64,000 bases of DNA from Camelus ferus (GCF_009834535.1 NC_045705.1:32550001-32614000), one strand, 5' to 3'. Positions 13,628 through 25,690 are shown, numbered from the stretch's first letter. The notes: generated by a model not told the origin, from the sequence alone. Numbers and translations are program-made.

Positions 13628-14016
13628 GTAGAGCAGAGGATTGCAGATGGCCACGTAGCAGTTGTATGCCATGACAGCCGTCATGCAGTGCTCTGTAAGG
13701 ACCACAGCCATGACAATACAGAACCGCACCAGACAGCCTGCATATGAGATAGTCGTCTTCTCTGATAAGAAATTCTGTAAGATTTTGGGAGTGACATTTG
13801 TGGAGAAACACAGATCTAAAACAGACAAACTTGAGAGGAAAACGTACACGGGCATGTGAAGTCGAGCATCAGTTCTGATTAAGACAATCACGCCCAGGTT
13901 TCCTATCACAATGACTATGTAAACTGCAAGGAACAAGACAAAGAAAGCAACTCGCAACGGCTTGTCAGACCCAAGAGAAGAAATTCTGTCACTTCAGTGT
14001 AGTTTCTTCTGAACAT
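13628..14016 (-). pseudogene. Truncated OR5M-family pseudogene (TM1-TM3 only)
   Basis: ATG at 14016 gives MFRRNYTEVTEFLLLGLTS. A frameshifting deletion at ~13957 is followed by RVAFFVLFLAVY...LHMPVYVFLS...[17 protein letters not shown] similarity stops at 13628 and no TM4-TM7 follows. Confidence 0.9.
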
Positions 14017-14117
14017 GTCTTTGTCATACGTGAGGCATTGGTTGATTATCTAAGGAGAGATATAAAAGATTTTTTAAATCACTGAAACTGTGGTTAAAAA
14101 TTGTACCATGCTGGAAG

Positions 14118-14178
14118 TGAGGGGTATAGCTCAGTGGTAGAGCTTATCCTGGGTTCAACCCCCAGTATCTCCTTTAAA
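14118..14178 (+). mobile_element. Vic-1-like SINE with internal deletion
   Basis: ggggtatagctcagtggtagagcttatcctgggttcaacccccagtatctcc. About 18 bp of the middle is missing relative to the other three copies in the window. Confidence 0.75.
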
Positions 14179-14827
14179 GATACGGAAAAAAATTGTACTG
14201 GGGTAAATATTGTAAAAATATGCAAAAGATTTTAGTTATGCTATCTCAGTAGTGTTTCCATAATTAGACATCAATACATGTACCATAAAGCAAGTCTGAA
14301 AGCTTTTCAACAAATGATCTGCATTCAGGTTGTTTGTAATCACCCTGTGCCAATAAGCTGGGGACTAAAGACAAAATTAAAAACGTAAGTATCTCAATAC
14401 TTAGGGAAATTTTTTTTAAAAATCTAGATAAGTTATATGTCAAAGAAATATAATAATCTAAATTTGGAAATGCTTAGAATTCTGTCTACATGTTTCATAT
14501 ATACATACAGTTACATAGGTTAGAAAAGACATTGATGATAACACAGGTAAAGTTCATTCTGAACACTGACAAACGGAATCCCACAAAGACAAAGTGAGTT
14601 TTCCATCAAATCTTCATCTCATATTTCCCAGTTCAGTCATCTACTGATGCATTATGTCTTCCACCAAGTCCAGCTCATTTTCTGGAGCCCAACAAGAGAT
14701 TGTATTTGTTATTGTGGTTGACGGTGATGACAGTGGTGGTGGCGATGTGTTGGTGGTCACGGTGAAGAAGACTTCAAAACTGAGAGAGGACAGAGGTATC
14801 TATGTATATATTGGATAACCAACTATT

Positions 14828-14990
14828 TTTTGTTTGTTTTTTGTTTTTAAAATTATTTATTTATTTATATTTTTGGGATGGGGAGGTAATTTTGTTTGTT
14901 TATTTGTTTTAATGGAGGTACTGGGAACTGAACCCAGGACCTCGTGCATACTGAGCACCTGCTCTACCACTGAGCTATTACCTCCCCCCT
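14828..14990 (-). mobile_element. Vic-1-like tRNA-derived SINE
   Basis: Full tRNA-like head and A-rich tail, with a perfect 14-bp TSD gataaccaactatt at 14814-14827 and 14991-15004. Confidence 0.9.
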
Positions 14991-15399
14991 GATAACCAAC
15001 TATTAAGACAAGAATAATGAACATACTGAAAGCGGGAACACACTGAAAGTGTTGCTCTAAGGTCAGAGAAATGAGTCATCTGAAAATTAAAAGTTGTCAG
15101 CAAAAATATACTTAACACAAAGTTCAAGGCTTTTTGATCTTTAGAATACAAATATGAAAATTACATCCTCCCTGTAGAGGAGTTTGCACTTTGAAGGGAT
15201 GCCTATGAGATGTAAATAAATGGTAATAGCTGTAGATGGTTAATTTCCAGAAGAAAAACCCATGGAATGTGACAGGTAGAAGAGATTGATAACTACTCAT
15301 GACCATAATCGTGCCTAATAGAAACTAATCAACAAGTACACGTAAATATATGAATGACTAGCTAGCATACTCTAATAACTAAATAACTAATCCCATTCC

Positions 15400-15517
15400 T
15401 GAGGTCTGTGCCTTTGACATCATCACTAGCCAAGTCCCCCACATCTAGCACCGCCACACTGGAGGTTAAGCTGTAGCATGTGAATGTTGGCGGGACACAA
15501 ATATTCAGTCTGCAGCA
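15400..15517. mobile_element. MLT1-type MaLR LTR terminus
   Basis: ggaggttaagctgtagcatgtgaatgttggcgggacacaaatattcagtctgcagca matches the recalled MLT1 end motif (tttggggggacacaaacattcagtccatagca). Confidence 0.6.
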
Positions 15518-15564
15518 TGGTTTCCACTCAAGCTGCTGAAGGTAACGAGCACAGCAGTAATTCT

Positions 15565-16030
15565 TTTATTACCACTGCTGTGTAGTATCCATTGTATGAC
15601 TGTACTTAATTTATATATTCTTCTTATTTTGGAGAACTATTTAGAGCTCACCCAGATGCAGCTATTACAAAATGCATTTTTGCACATACCTCTGTATGTC
15701 CACTTTCATCCATTTCTGCTTGGTAGAACTCTGGGTAGAGTTGCTGGTTTGCAGGATATGCATATATTGTGCTTAAGCTGATACTGAGTTTTACAAACAG
15801 AAAAGTTTTACAAACTGGTTCTATCATTTACTTTCCCACGAGCGCACTATGTAAGTAGTCCTGTTGCTCCACAGTCTCTACAATACTTAATATTATGAGG
15901 TTTTTTTTTTCTTTTCTTTTCCCTCTGCTGGGTGGTATGCGTTGTAGTTGTAATTTGCATTTTCCTGATCACCAGTGAAGTTGAGCACATTGTGACATGT
16001 GACTTGGTTCTTTAAATGTGTATTGTTGAG
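15565..16030 (-). mobile_element. Old L1M 3' fragment
   Basis: gctgtgtagtatccattgtatg and ttgtaatttgcattttcctgatcaccagtgaagttgagcaca are antisense L1 3' motifs. Confidence 0.6.
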
Positions 16031-16119
16031 AACAGTTCATAATTTGCTGTGCTATTTATCCCACACTCTTATGGACTGATTCAGTAGTATTATAACAAAC
16101 TACCATAAATTAGAGCTAG

Positions 16120-16260
16120 ATCACATCATAATTTCCAGTTCCGCCTGTTACTTCCTGTATAATCTGGGGCAAGTCATTTAATGACTCTTTGTTTCAGGTT
16201 TTCTGAGTTTAAAATTGAGACAATAACATTATGTGTCTCAGTTGTTCTGAAGACTATTGA
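16120..16260. mobile_element. MIR SINE remnant
   Basis: ttccagttccgcctgttacttcctgtataatctggggcaagtcatttaatgactctttgtttcaggttttct, the MIR core. Confidence 0.6.
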
Positions 16261-17924
16261 CAGATATCTGTAAATATCTGGGAAAAAGTCTGTAAAGAGC
16301 TTTGAATATCATTCTGCACTTAGTCAACACTATAAATGTGTTATCTATTGACCATCTTTCTCCCGAATTTTGGCTAGATAGATTCCATGTTTAATCTTTC
16401 ATTAATAACATTTGGTAGATTAACACCCACACTAACCTTAATAAATCTAAAGATACCCAATGTTTTTACTATCCTAAAAATACAAAGATTAAAGGAAAAA
16501 AAAACAAAACTTAGCTACCATCATTTCCTCCTTCTTGATAATCTACTGTTTTCCAGGAAGTCAGTTGTATCTTTTTGAACCCACAAATTATATGGTATTA
16601 TTGCTCTATGTAGTCTGTATTTATATATGTGTGTGTACGTGTGTGTGTGTGTATAGTCACCTGTTTTTTCTCCTTCTTGGAAGATGGTTTTCCTGACAAA
16701 CCCAATTTTTCCTCAGTTCTAAACTGTCAGTTTCCTCTGAAGATCTGGTTGTATATTGCAATCTATAGTCTCATAGTTTTAAATTTAACCTCTATCGCTT
16801 TTAACTAGTAAGTGTATTTTTGTCATACTTTGCATCAAGTAATGCAAATATCTGAAGTTGAGAGTATCCACCTATGTTTTTTCTTATTTTCCTGAAAATT
16901 TGCATAAACAGGAGCTTTATCTGTGGAAATTCTTGGAGGTCCGAGTGGCTGAGAGTTCACTCCTTTGACGTGCATTTGTGTATGTTTGTGCCAGTCCCAT
17001 GCAGTGTTTTCCAAACTAGGAGCCCTTTAATTTTTTTTTTTTTTCGAGCTTAGGATCTGACAGATCATGAAAGAAGTGTAAATCTAAACCTCAAATTGAC
17101 ATAATAATTCAATTATTGTTTTAAATTTTCAGATGAGATAATTTTTAACGTCTCCATTAGTCAAAGCCTAAACAGACTACTTTGGTTTTGTTGTTGTTCT
17201 CACTGACTCTGCTTGTGTAGAGATGGGGACCCTTCAACAACCCCAGTTCCATGAGGGGTCTCTGTTCTCACCGCTCGCTTTGTGTGCACCTCATCACTGG
17301 CTTCTCATCTTCCATGCAGGTGATTATCCTTAAAACTCCAAGTCACCTTCAGGGGACCTGTCTGCGTCAGCACCCAGAAAACCCACACCTACAAGACTGG
17401 AAGAGCTGGTGCTGGATTTGACTCTCTGTGGTCAGTTTGACATTTGAGCTGCAAGGTTTTTGTCTTTATAGGAAAAATAATTTCTGTTCACATGGTTCCC
17501 ATTGAAAATAAGTATTATCTACTCTTCATATTCTGTGCAATCGAGTGGGGGTAAGGAAAAGGACCGTAGAATTTACCAAGTGCTGTGCAAATGTGAGGTG
17601 ACTTTTTATTATAACTATGTTGCACACCTCATGGGTTGATATACTAGTATTAGACACATGTTCAATGCATTATCAAGTAACTATATCTCTTCATTCAGAC
17701 TTTTAAGAAATACAATTTGACCAATTAATATTTTTTCTTATTTTTTCTTCAGGAGTTCAAAGAGAATAGGCAGGAATATATCATGGCAAGATAAGCGTGC
17801 TTCCCGAGGGACCAAGTCTATGGTGCATTTCAGGCCAGAGGTGGGTTTAGTGGAAGAAGGGCCAAGAATTGAGCTGCCAGGTGAGTTAAATGAGATGAGA
17901 CTTGTGTTGTAGGTTGGATGAGTT

Positions 17925-18424
17925 TGTTGGGGCTCAGAGAAGGACACCCCAAGATGAACCACAATTGCATACTGGTTACTTTGAAATAAAGTTACTTGAG
18001 AAACAGGTAGTGAAAAAAAATTATTTAAAAAAGACTCTGACCCTCCTCTTTTCCTCAAATGTGGGAAAAAAGTCTCCCATGTAAAGGTATCCTCCACAGC
18101 AGGAGGATAGAGAGCATCTTTGTCACCACAGTAAGAGAATCCAGGTCCCAGAAAGCTGTATAACAAACCTCGTTATTTCTTCATTACTTCAGTACCCCAG
18201 CACAAGCGCCTTGGTCTTGTTAAATCTTCACAAATAATGGTGACTTGTCTAAAAATGGTATGTAAATAGCTTGCTTTGGTCACTTTGAGCATCTCATTTT
18301 TTATGACAACTCTGTGCATATGAATTAAATCGTTTCATTATGTTTATCTTTCCTGTGTCCATTTAATTATTAGACCAGTCAAAAGAACTTAAATGAGGTA
18401 GGGGGGAAATTTTCCCCACTCTGA
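17925..18424 (+). mobile_element. ERV1-class solo LTR (MER34-like)
   Basis: Starts tgttggggctcagagaaggacaccccaaga and ends ...agaacttaaatgaggtaggggggaaattttcccc, as in recalled MER34-family LTRs. About 500 bp; right end approximate. Confidence 0.6.
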
Positions 18425-18881
18425 AATTTCAAGTGCAGTGCTGGTTTTCAGCTGTAAGGAAGGCATGTTTATTTAGTAAATTTGTGCAGAAGTGTTTTGG
18501 TTTTTTTTTTAAGTTATTGGCTACATGTTAAAATGCATAATCCCCATTAAGAGACAGCCAAAACTGTATGACTAAACCTTCCAAAGATAAAATATAATTC
18601 TAGCTTTAATAGTTTTTTTTCCCAAGGAGTAAATTGAATTTCTTACTGGCAGTGATCCATCAATGTACAAGTCTTTACTTTTGGGTCTCAACAAGCAAAG
18701 TCTTCCTGGAGAATTCAAAATTCTTACCAGTTGACATCGATGCTCGGATTCCTTTTAGTCAAATTTTCTCTCTGAAAACTTCCCCCACCCCTTCAAGAAA
18801 AAGATATGGATTTGGACAAATTATTTTTGTACTAAGATCTAAAAGAAGGTCATAGGACATACAAAATAAAAGTGCTTAAAA

Positions 18882-19808
18882 TTAGAACCCAAATGTAGTT
18901 AGAAAGCAGTTTTCTGTGGAACAGTTCTCTGATGAAAGCTTGTTCCTAAGACTGTAGATCATGGGGATCACAGTGGTGTAAAACACGGCCAACATTTTCC
19001 CCTGTGCCACGGATTCCTTTGAGGGCGGTCTGAGGTACATGAAGAAAAGAGTTGCATAGAATATGGTGACAGCTGTCAGATGAGAGCTACAGGTAGTGAA
19101 AGCTTTGCGCCTTCCTTCTGAAGAACAAATCCTCAGGATAGCGGGGAATATGTAGCTATAGGATATGAGGATGATAAGGAGAGAGTAGGTGAAGTTAAAC
19201 CCAGCCACAACAAACATGGACAACTCTTTGTTGTAGGTGTCGGAACAAGCCAGCTTAATCAGTGGCGGGTCAGCACAGTAGAAGTGATTAACTTCACTGG
19301 GGCCACAGAAGACGAGGCTGTAGGTCCACATGGTCTCCATCAGGCCAGTGAGTGCCCCATACACATAAGGCACTGTGATGAGGGAGGTGCACACGCTCCC
19401 GGACCTTTTGCTGCCATAAAGCAGAGGGTTGCAGATGGCCATGTACCGATCCAAGGCCATCACAGCCAGGATGTAGATCTCCACAGGGACCAGGGCAATA
19501 AAGAAGTAACACTGCAGCAGACAAGCAGAATAGGAGATGGTTTTCCTCTCTGATAAGAAAATCTCCAGCAACTTTGGAGTCACGTTGGAAGAGAAGCACA
19601 GATCCATGACGGACAAGTGGCTCAGGAAAAAGTACACGGGCGTGTGGAGCCGTGCATGGACCCGGATGAGGACACTCATGCCAAGATTCCCTGCCACCGT
19701 GGTCACGTAAATGGCCAGAAACAGCACAAAGAAGAGAATCTGCAATTCCAGGCGACTGGTCAGTCCCAGGAGAATGAACTCAGTCACTGAAGTGAAGTTT
19801 CTTCTCAT
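18882..19808 (-). pseudogene. OR5M8: OR5M8-like olfactory receptor, open 308-aa frame but TM7 and helix 8 damaged (probable pseudogene)
   Basis: [27 protein letters not shown]...[13 protein letters not shown]...[12 protein letters not shown]...RPPSKESV matches recalled OR5M8. It reads [11 protein letters not shown] instead of VIPMLNPxIYSLRNK and has a frameshifted C-terminus. The true start is ATG 19808, not the track start at 19844. Confidence 0.8.
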
Positions 19809-21366
19809 AATTTTCTTCAATGGGAAATGACAACTTTGGATCAATACAGAATTTTTTTAAGTGGAAAAATATCATAGAATCTTAGAACATTTTTTTTCTC
19901 TGCATTTTTTGCTTTCATTTTCTATGACTTGTCTTTGTCCTAATAGACCCCAGACATAGTGGTTAATTAGAACAAGATCTAATTAAATGCTAGCAAATAT
20001 GCTCAAGCTGACTCTGGGTGTCTGCCATTAGACAACTTCAATTGTTTTTCTTTGTTAATTTTTGTTATTTCTCTTAGTCTATTTATCTTTTTGGTTTCTG
20101 TCACATTTCTTACCCATTTCCATTTCTACTCTGTCTGCTCTCCATATTTTACTTAACCTTACATCAAATTTCTCATCCCAGGTTTTGCCACTCAGTGTCA
20201 ATAAACAAATGGACCCTCACCACTTATCTAATTGAATTTACCAGATAACTTAATTAGCAGTCGAGAATCTTGTACCAAAAGTTCTTTTTCTGATAACAAT
20301 TAAAAGATATATCTTAATTCACCTTTGTAGATATAAAATCTCAGTATTCCTATTTTACAATGACTAGGTGCTAGTTGGGGGGAAAAAATAAAAGAAGAGA
20401 TAAATCTTTGAAAAGCCAAACAGTTGCAAAACTTTTATCATGAATGGGAACCAGTATAATGTACCGGAAAACTTTCAAAAAGTCTTCTAACATTTTTCCA
20501 CTTAATTCAATAAACTGCAACAAAGTTAATTTTTCAGTCACAGGACCTGAATTAGACCACAGAAATTACTTAGTCCAGCATGTTGCTTCAACTGTGAGAA
20601 CAGACTGAAGGGTCATGTGGCAAGACAGACCTACAGGCTGGGATTTGACTGGAGTCTAAACTAGAAGCAGTACCTCCCCCATATCTGTATTAGTTTTGAT
20701 CCTTGGATCCAGAGTTGGTCTTTATGGGGCAGCAGTTAAGAAACAAAGCAAAACCAAAGTAAACAAAGCAAACAACCACAACAACTTCCCTTTTCTTTGG
20801 TTATTCTCAAGCTAGATTTGCTACCACCTGAGAGTAGGTCCCAGACAAGAGAAGGTAACTAAAGGGAAATGTGCAATTTGTATCTGAACCTTTATAACAC
20901 AGGCTTGCCCTCCTCTTCCACTTGTCCGCCTGCCACTGGCTGTGATAGGGATGGAGTGCTCAGCCATCCCGGATCATCCGGATGAGATGGTGGAAAAAGC
21001 AGATTGAAACTCCTAAAATCATGGCAGGGCTGAACTTGAGAATTTCATGTAAATGAGAATTGAACTTCTAACTTGTTTAAGTCATTTTCTTTCACTCTAG
21101 TGGGAATTGAAACTTGTCCAACGAATGCAATCAGTGCTCAGGACTCCCATAAGACTGACTGCTATACAAGCTAAATCTACATCAAGTGATAATTGTTAGT
21201 TAAAATTTAATTAATCCCTCAGAGTTTACACCCAAGGACCATGCTATGACTACTTTAAAACTGTGATAACAATGCTCAGGTAGCCCAGATGTTAGCCTCT
21301 TGAGAGCTTTCAAAATCGCCTTCAACCTCTTTTCTATCCGTTCCATGCCATTTAGACGTCCAAAAT

Positions 21367-21368
<2 letters not shown>

Positions 21369-21403
<35 letters not shown>
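21369..21403. repeat. (CA)n microsatellite
   Basis: Uninterrupted AC run of ~17 units. Confidence 0.95.
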
Positions 21404-21404
<1 letters not shown>

Positions 21405-21859
21405 TGCAATTCTATGGAATGCAGGTGAAAGATAATATTTGTCACAGAAAGAATAAAAAAATAAAATGTAAACATTAGACATTTATTCTCTAAATTCCCC
21501 ACTGCACCCTAACACGGGATTTTTCCCCTGGCTACTTACAGTATTTGATTCCATATTTAATCCCCAGCTTCATAACACATCTCCAATTTCTCTTATTTTT
21601 CCTCCCTCCTATTTCTTATCTCTCTCTCTTATTCCCTGGAACCACCTCAAGTACTGCTTATTTCCTCTTCATACTATTGTAAGCAGTTCACCTTTTGCTC
21701 CAGTGTGTGTGCATGGTTTTCCCTGCAGAATATCTCACTATCTGTTCCTCATCTCCCAGCAGAGGACACCGAGACATCACATCGTACCCTCTTGTGTGTT
21801 CACATTCTTCAGTCTTGCCTTCTTTAAAAATGGTCTACCAAGGTATCTTGGTGCTTTCC

Positions 21860-22462
21860 TGTGGGAGCCCATGATTGGGTTAACAAATTGTAAGGATCCC
21901 AGCCGCTTATCTTCTTAAAGAAGATGCACTTAGCAATGGCCTTGAGGTTTTAACAATGACCCAGGCCCCGGGCTATAAATGCTTGGCATGCCAGCTGTTA
22001 GTCTTCTATCCCCCAAACAGCCTTGGGCTGGAATGGTAAACAAGTTATAAAAAGCTGCGCTGCGGACTCAGAGGTGAGAAGGTAAGATCCCCTGAGGGAG
22101 CAACCTAAGACAGGCACAGCCGCCTGAGTCCAAGAAAAATCTTGTCAAGCAGCTGATTCCCATACGTTCCGCCCTGATAAGCTGAAAGACTCAACACGAA
22201 CAGGATTCCCCAAAAAGGGTCTTCTGACCTTGAGCCAAACACCAACAACAAACAAAGCCTTTGTACTTATTGTGATCCCACCCTGTCCTTCCCTAATTTC
22301 CTGCTTCTGACTGTACTCAATAAATATAAGAGATTTGAGAGGCTCACAGAGTTGGCTCCCGACTCCCTCTCGCGCTCTTGACTTTCCCCCAGTCTTGAGT
22401 AAATCGTTCCATCTCGGTGGGACTTCTGCTGGCCAGAACCCACAACTGGTGATGAACCCACA
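21860..22462 (+). mobile_element. Solo LTR, probably ERV2/betaretrovirus-like
   Basis: Termini TGTGGG...CCCACA form a perfect 6-bp inverted repeat. 6-bp TSD CTTTCC at 21854-21859 and 22463-22468. AATAAA at 22319-22324 and TATA-like ctataaat at ~21973. Length 603 bp; orientation inferred from AATAAA. Confidence 0.8.
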
Positions 22463-24269
22463 CTTTCCAAAATTTAAAAAATACATATTTTGTAGTGAAA
22501 TATTTCTGATCTCCTTAATACTGATATTCACCTCATAAATTCACCTTAATACTGATATTCACCTCAGCACATAAGTCTTGGAACTGAGCAGATTTCATCT
22601 GAAAAATCACAACTGTGGTACACATAAGCTCTATAATTGTGCAGACAACTTACCTCTGTAAGTCTCAGTGTTCTCACCTTGGAGATGTTGTCCCAGGGGC
22701 TTTCTTTGAGGATTTGAAATGTTAGAATGTGTGTAAATATCTGACCATGTGTGAGGCAAAAAAAAGCCACATGGAATTTTTAGTTTCTGCCTTTCCTTTG
22801 TTTAGTATTTAGAAGAAATAAAAATTCTCAAATTATGAGCATTAGTACTTCCCGTATAATTAACCCTAACCTTTCTATGTAGTTTTTTAACTATCTCTAA
22901 CCATGCATTTATTCCTAGCAAATAAGAAATTGTATAAATACACTAGTTAAGCTAGTTCCTAACACACACAAAATAGACAGCCCTGCTTATAAAAATGTAA
23001 GATTAACAATGGTGGCCATTTATGCAGTCACTGTCTACCTTGGTTAAAAGAAAGCATTGCTCTTCACAGAATTCTTGTCTCTCACGTTGAACATGTTAAA
23101 ACATGTTGAACAATGAAAAAGTTATATGCCCCTTATATGCCCCTCATGGTGCTACTCAGGTTAGAGTATTGATGGTTCCTACCTATATCAAATTATGTCT
23201 AATTATGTTGGCAAAGCTCTCCCTTCACTCCTCGTGTGATCCAGTTTACTATTTAGCCTCACCTCTTCTGGATTTTTTGTCTGTAATTGGTGTCCCAGGC
23301 ACAACCAAGCTATTCTCCCTTCCATCAGTTGCCTCTTTCTTTAGAAAATGCTTTTGCACCCAACCTCTACCTTTTGAAATTCTATACAACTTCCAAAGCC
23401 CAGCTCTATGGTCATCTCCTCCGGAAGAACTACCTTAAAAGCCTTAGTCAGAATTAATTTTTTCTTCCTCTGTGCTCACAAAACAATTTTTTTAATACAT
23501 TAGCAGTTTCTCTTATCCTAGGAAGTCTCATGGTAAAACAGTTGTGAGGTTTTTTTTCCATAAATAAACATCACTCTTTATAGGCAGTACGCATATATTA
23601 AATCATTCTTAAAAACTACAGTGTCTTGCTTTTGATAAACCTTAATGACTTTAAGCTGAGTTAAATTAATATGTCACCACAAGCATATTAAGATATTTCT
23701 ATTAATTGAGATGTAAAATAAGATGAAACTTGTCCTCAATATAGTCTTGCCCAGGTGAAACAGGCTGCCATTAAGGTCATTAAATAGAGCAAGTCTTCTA
23801 GGAAAAAATCCATTTTATTCTATAGATCTCTCAAACCAAGACCATCAAAATAAATATAAATTTTAAATATATTGCAATTCCCAAATCAATGGCTACCTAA
23901 ACATGCATTCTGATTTGCTAAACTCAGGAAAATTCATTCAACAATTGAATTACCATCCGACATCTATTTGTAGAATGTGAGACAGACAAGATTTGTAAAC
24001 TGAGGAATCAAGGCTTCAGAACCAAAGATTTGCAGTAAGTCAATAACCTAGCTATTATTCTTGACTCTTGTTTGAACATTCTTTGAAAATTCATAAGATT
24101 TTATTCTGTTATTTAATAAGGAATCACTTCCTATCAAGAAAGACAAATAAAAACATCATGTTTATAATATTTCATACATAAAAACATGATCAAATACGAA
24201 CCTTTCAAATTTTTCATATAGTGATTCTTTATGCTTCTGGGAAAAAAACATCTATGTAGTAATTCAACT

Positions 24270-25032
24270 ATGGATTTCTTCATATTTTCAAATGTTACAG
24301 TTCTCTTTCTATTTATTTGTCAGTTTTAAAGAAGAGTCACAAACATATAAGAGAGATAGTATTTTAATTTTGCTATTGATTCTTTCCAGTAGGCATCATT
24401 ACCTAGCCATGTTTATAAGATTTAAAAGCAGAGAGGTTTCTCTGGCTTACAGAGATTTAAAATATTGAAAATGTGTTTGTAAAAATGCAAATTTGAGGCT
24501 CCTATATACTTCTAGGCATATTCTGTAATTCCAATATGGTCTCTGGTAAATAAAAATTTTATTTGGTCTGAGTAGCTACAAAGTGGCAAGCCGCCATAAT
24601 GATGTTCCATGTTGCCAGCTCTGGAGAGAACAATTCTGACGTTAAACAAGTCTATACAGAACCACTTACATAGGCAACGGACTCAAAACTATAACTACAT
24701 GAAAAGCAGGTAATTATGTGGATGTCATTATCACTGAGGGCAACGGGAACAAAATATTGAGTTAACAGGAGTGTGATCACGTTATACAGTTCAGATAAGT
24801 TGGAGAAGGAAATGATCTTTTTAAATAAAAAGTTAACCAAATTGTGTGAGGTTGGCAGCTTGGCAAAGAGACAACATGAGGGCGTGATCCCCAGAGTTAG
24901 GCCTAACATTTCCACAATAAAGATGCTATAAATAAGTAGAAATAAAACAAAGAAGACAAGCTGCAAAACCGGACAACTGGTCAACCTCAGGAAGCTAAAT
25001 TCCTTCACTCTTGTCTGATTTATTCTGTACAT
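24270..25032 (-). pseudogene. Highly degenerate OR relic
   Basis: ATG 25032 reads MYRINQTRVKEFSFLRLTSCPVLQLVFFVLFLLIY (OR N-terminus/TM1), then LVNFLFKKIISF and ITLLLTQYF (TM2-TM3). A decayed TM7 (TAT ATG TTT GTG ACT CTT CTT...AGA AAG AGA) lies near 24300-24350. Many indels and stops; left end approximate. Confidence 0.75.
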
Positions 25033-25186
25033 TTCCAGATGAATTCTTCTGTTTATAGAAATAAAAACAGATTTATTATGCATGAATAAATTATACATAT
25101 TTAAGATTACATCAGTGCGTTTCATGTTTTCTAGTTCCCATCACTTTGTAAGACATGCTCTCTGCTTTGTAAAAATTGTCTGTATT

Positions 25187-25234
<48 letters not shown>
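25187..25234. repeat. (TCTA)12 tetranucleotide microsatellite
   Basis: Perfect tcta array. Confidence 0.95.
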
Positions 25235-25235
<1 letters not shown>

Positions 25236-25579
25236 TTTTTAGGGAGCACAGACTATTGTCCCAGGCTAAGCAATAGAGAAATAATTGCTTTCAAACATTA
25301 CATCTGACCTTATGGCATTTACAGTATCACTGGGAACACAGATTTTAGTTAAATAACCAAACTTATAAGGGTATTATATCTAAAAACTGTTAAATGTAAC
25401 AGTGGAAAAATACAGAAATCTGTGAGAGGAAAATGAGTCTCAAATAGATGAAGTAATTTTCTAGTTAATAATAGCAATGAGTTAGCTTTTACTGAGGGAA
25501 AACTAAGTAACAGTCACTGTTCTAAGTGTTTTATGTATTAAACCATTTCTTCCACACAGCTTCCCTATAAGAAAGTATC

Positions 25580-25690
25580 ATATATTAATCTTATAGAGGA
25601 GAAAACTGAGGCAGAGAGAGGTTGAGTAACTTCCTCAGTAAATCTGATTCCAGAGTTCATGCTTTTAACTATTAATTTAGTTGATAAATG
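25580..25690. mobile_element. MIR SINE remnant
   Basis: gaggagaaaactgaggcagagagaggttgagtaacttcctcag, the MIR core. Confidence 0.7.
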
